Positions 60,201 to 64,000 of a stretch of DNA of 64,000 bases are shown piece after piece (the first letter of the stretch is position 1; every line of letters starts with the position of its first letter). Source of the stretch: Hydrolagus colliei (Eukaryota); NCBI GenBank assembly GCA_035084275.1, contig CM068775.1, positions 1,488,001 through 1,552,000 on the forward strand. The letters run 5' to 3'. Made by a program: the position numbers and the translations under genes. A model generated the notes under the pieces. That model made no database searches. It was not told the origin of the DNA and saw nothing but the letters and a program-made list of their open reading frames with translations.

Positions 60201-63200
60201 CCAGAGGATCTAATTCAAGGTCCTTGGCCTCACTTTCAAGGCCATTCATGGACTTTCCCCTCCTATCTTTGTGACATACTATGAATCTGCCCTCCCCTAC
60301 ATTCAGCAGGCTCCAGCCTGCTCCATATGCCTCAACTGTCATGCTCTACCATCGGTGGCTGGCCTTAAAGCCTCTCTTCCCCCTCACTTTGAAACCCATT
60401 CCCAGAGTCCCTTCAACTCGCTCACTCGCACACCTCCTTCAAGGCCGATCTCAAGCCTCTCCGCTGAATGTGTCTTCTGCTGACATCCCAACTCTCTCCC
60501 ACCCCTCCTAACTCTCTCCCTCCTGTCTTAACTCTCTCCTGTCCCTCCGAACTCTGTCCAGCCCCTACATTGCCCCTCTTCCCGGCTCAGGTCCTGACCT
60601 GACTGTTCAGCCCCTTGGGACGTCCTCCCGATATGAAATGTTCTCTATAATGTCACTTTGTTGTTGTGGTGGCCGCCCAGTAAAAGTGTGTCTGTGACAC
60701 CGGGCATCACAGAGCACATACTGTGGGCACACACTGCAGTTACACCTGGTGGCCACACCCGCTGACTGTGGCGCTGTGGCGTCCTGCACAGACAAATCTC
60801 AACAGTGACAACAACAACAAAATGACATCTTTAAAGCACAGAGTCCTCCCACAGGAGCCCTCCCAATGGTCATTGTGTATATAGTGAAGATTGAGATTGA
60901 TAGAATTGTAAAGGAGAGAGGCATTCAGACACAATGGGCTGAATGGCCTCCTCCAGTGATGTATAATTCTATGATTGAACACATTTTATCTATTAATATT
61001 ACTTTTTATTCTACCATTACTGATTTACCAATCACAGCCACTTGAGATGACCTGACAGCTGCTGTTGTTGTTGTTGCTGTTGGAGTGAAGGGCAATAATG
61101 TATGAAAGGTCAGGCTGTGGGCTCTGTGGTGTGAGGGCAGGAAGCTGATCACTGATTGACTGCAGACAATCACAGCTGCTTCCTGACAATTGTGCTGTGA
61201 GTTTCTGCCCCACCTGAAGGCAGCTTGACTCATCCTGTGTCTTTCCAGCAAGAAGTCTTTAGATACAAACAGCAGCATCTTGTGTAGGGTTTTGCAAATT
61301 AGTTGATCTGCAACTTAAACATCTGTTCCATATCATCTGTAGACTCCTCTGAATTTCCTGTCAACTCAAAGTCTTGAATTGTAAGTATGAAAAATAAACC
61401 CCAAACAATATGTAAATACTTCCATATTTCTCTTGGTTGATATGTAAAGCCAGCATCTCTTATTGATATTTTAAAAGCTAAAAATACTAAAGGCGAAACA
61501 AAAAATGTGTTGACAGGCACATTCAGGCGATAAAAATTCATATCACAAGCTCAGTGTAGGATGTGCTGCATGTTATTTTCTGGGTATTTAGTCTGTACAT
61601 CTGTGCCACATTACACCAGCGATACACTGGAAAATATTCACTGGCCACTGTTCAGATACACTATCACTGTCAGAATGCAACTCTTTGCAATCACACTTTT
61701 TATGGAGTGAACAGACTCAGGAGGCCGTAGACAGAGTTATTTTGTGAGGTATTATTATCAAGCGTGTGGAGGAAGGAATCTTGTCTAACGTTTTGAACTG
61801 ACTTGAATGAAACCCAGGTTTGTGGACTTCAAGACTGTGTCTCAAGGAATATACTGTAAACTGGATTGATTCCATATTTGTCAGCGAAACGCGGCAGCCA
61901 ATTGCAAACAGCAGTATCCCCAAATAGTTTTGGATTGAAATGACCAATTTATTTTTCGGTTTCTTTGGGATGCATTATGTGGATTAAGGAAACTTGCCCA
62001 AGCCATCACCTTGCCTGGAATTGAAACATAGGTCACTCGTTTGAAAGTCGAGGGCTCTAACTATTGAGCTACAGGACTCCACTGTAATTAGTTTCCTGAC
62101 GTGTGGGATTGATGTTGTGCTCTGACAGGTTTGCTGTAAGATAGGAGGCCTTGTAGATCTTGTACAGGTTCCAGATCCAGTGCCCAAAGCAGAATTCAGG
62201 AATCAGTGGTGGATCCTCATGTCTCAGTGTGGAGTCCTATAGCTCAGGGGTACACACTCATCTGCACTCATCTCGCAAGCCAGTGACCAAGGTTTGATTC
62301 CTGGTAGTGCAAAAACCTTGGGCAAGTTTTCTTACTCCATACGTCTGGTAATAATCCATCAAGATAATAAAATAATAATAAATGACTGAAACCATTTCTG
62401 ATTCAAGCCTCAAGTTATTTCTTCCCAGTTTCCTTCTCCCCCTTGTCCTGAAGGAGTGTGACTGGTCTGACATTACACTGGGCTCCCACTGCACCAGCAG
62501 CCCTCCCCACCTGGCTTCTCACCCCAAGAGAACATTTCATGTCTGGCTTGAAATCATGAGCCGCCACATCAAACCGTTCACCACCATTGCACTATTTCAT
62601 AACCAATCAAGCTTGTGATTACAGTAAATGCAGGGACTGAGAACAGAGAGGTTTATTATTATAAGTGGACTGAAGGCTGAATTCATTCCCATTATCTTCC
62701 AATCCAGAGATAAATATCGTGGGCATGGTTGACACTGACACAGACAATAAGATAAACCTCCTCAATGGTAAGAGAACAGAGAGTGAAGTAGGAGTAAATG
62801 GAAAACACATTGAGAAGTGATCAAATAGAAACAACAAGATTAAAATTGCCAGGAACATAACAAGTTTATTTTAATATAAATATTAAAAAATCATACAATT
62901 ATAATTTTTTTAACATTAATATATCCACATCAAAATGCCAGTAGAGGTAACAAGAGGATTCACACCTTCATTCCCATATGTGATGTGAAATCAGGATTGG
63001 AAGAGCAGTAAACAGGGGATAATCTACAGATCAGAACATCGCTAAACCACAGGAAATAATACATATTTTAATTAAGTCACAATATTAACTATTGCTCACA
63101 AAATACACAGTCACTACCTTTACAATTCATTCTGTGATGTTCCTTGAGATGATTCATCAATGTAATGAGGTATTGTTTCAAATGCAAGGTTTATGATATT

Positions 63201-63539
63201 AACAATTATTATTATAAGAATAAGAATTGCAGCACATGAAAATACCAAGGTCCATCTGGATTGCCTTCCACCATTCTGGCTGTCACACACACATGCCATG
63301 TCCTAAACAATATACTGTATCACACAATCAATATATCTCATTGATTTGGTAAAACAATCTGCTTCCACCATCTACTTAACTTTAACAGTAGCTCAGTGAA
63401 ATTGTGTTCCCGCAGATATGTGTTGGACTTATTGCTCTGCTACACAAAGACACAAGCATAGACACACACACAGTCACTCACTAGCATAGAAATACACACA
63501 AACACATACACACACATACGTTAAACAAAAAAATCCACA

Positions 63540-63841
63540 AGGCTTCAGGGTCAGTGCTGGGGCTAATACTATTGACACTTATGAATTTGAATTCATATTC
63601 AAAAATGAAGTTGCTGTCAATGCCGAATGTAAAGGGCACAATTATGATCTGTGCAGGTCAGAGGGAATGTGAGGCGTGACTCCCCTCAGTCCTGTAGCTA
63701 TTGGTCCATTCTCCAAACACCTGGCCCCACTGCCCCTTGTTAAATAGCGGTCACTGGGGACTGAGGCCATCTGTCCATCCGGCAGATCTTTGTCCCTCGG
63801 TTATTGGGCTCAAGGGTCAGTTCTGACAATTGCCCAGAAAC
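63540..63841 (+). promoter_or_regulatory. IgH V4 promoter/5' UTR
   Basis: Near-identical to the V1-V3 upstream blocks. Confidence 0.7.
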
Positions 63842-63887
63842 ATGAGGTCCCTGATATCTCTCAGTCTGTTGCTGGCTCTCTTCTCCC
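63842..63887 (+). CDS. IGHV: IgH V4 leader exon (V exon beyond window end)
   Basis: MRSLISLSLLLALFS, donor C|GTGAGC; the window ends in the intron just before the acceptor. Confidence 0.9.
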
Positions 63888-64000
63888 GTGAGCTCTATTA
63901 TTGGGACAAGTCTGACTGTGTGTGTGTGTGGGTGTGATTCTCTCTGCAATGTCACAGAGCCGGGATATCTCACAATAATTAATCTTCGGTCATTTGTTCT

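Noticed and set aside
1-64000. CRISPR arrays, rRNA, prokaryotic features
   Set aside because: None seen; the window is spliceosomal-intron vertebrate DNA.

Overview
Vertebrate DNA, almost certainly from a cartilaginous fish (shark or chimaera), judged from the shark-type IgM VH leader/V/D/J segments, the GPR139-like receptors and the L2/CR1/DeuSINE repeats. The window is a tandem array, all on the + strand, of a co-duplicated cassette: [2-exon GPR139-like class A GPCR] followed by [IgH VH promoter + leader + V]. It holds four intact GPCR paralogues, A-D (333 aa for B-D; exon 1 of A lies upstream of the window), and four VH units. V1 is complete and is followed by one D (12/12 RSS) and one JH (23 RSS), but no constant-region exon is visible before the next GPCR. 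V2 and V3 are cut at the same nucleotide in CDR2, and V4 runs off the window end. The rest is nested L2, CR1, RTE, LTR, hAT, Tc2-like MITE and tRNA-SINE debris, plus three N gaps. Main hypothesis (inference, untested): the Ig promoter/leader or rearranged VDJ may be spliced onto the downstream GPCR. All donors are phase 1, and an in-frame candidate acceptor precedes the start codon of GPCRs B, C and D. Repeat boundaries and identities were read by eye and are approximate unless a TSD is given.
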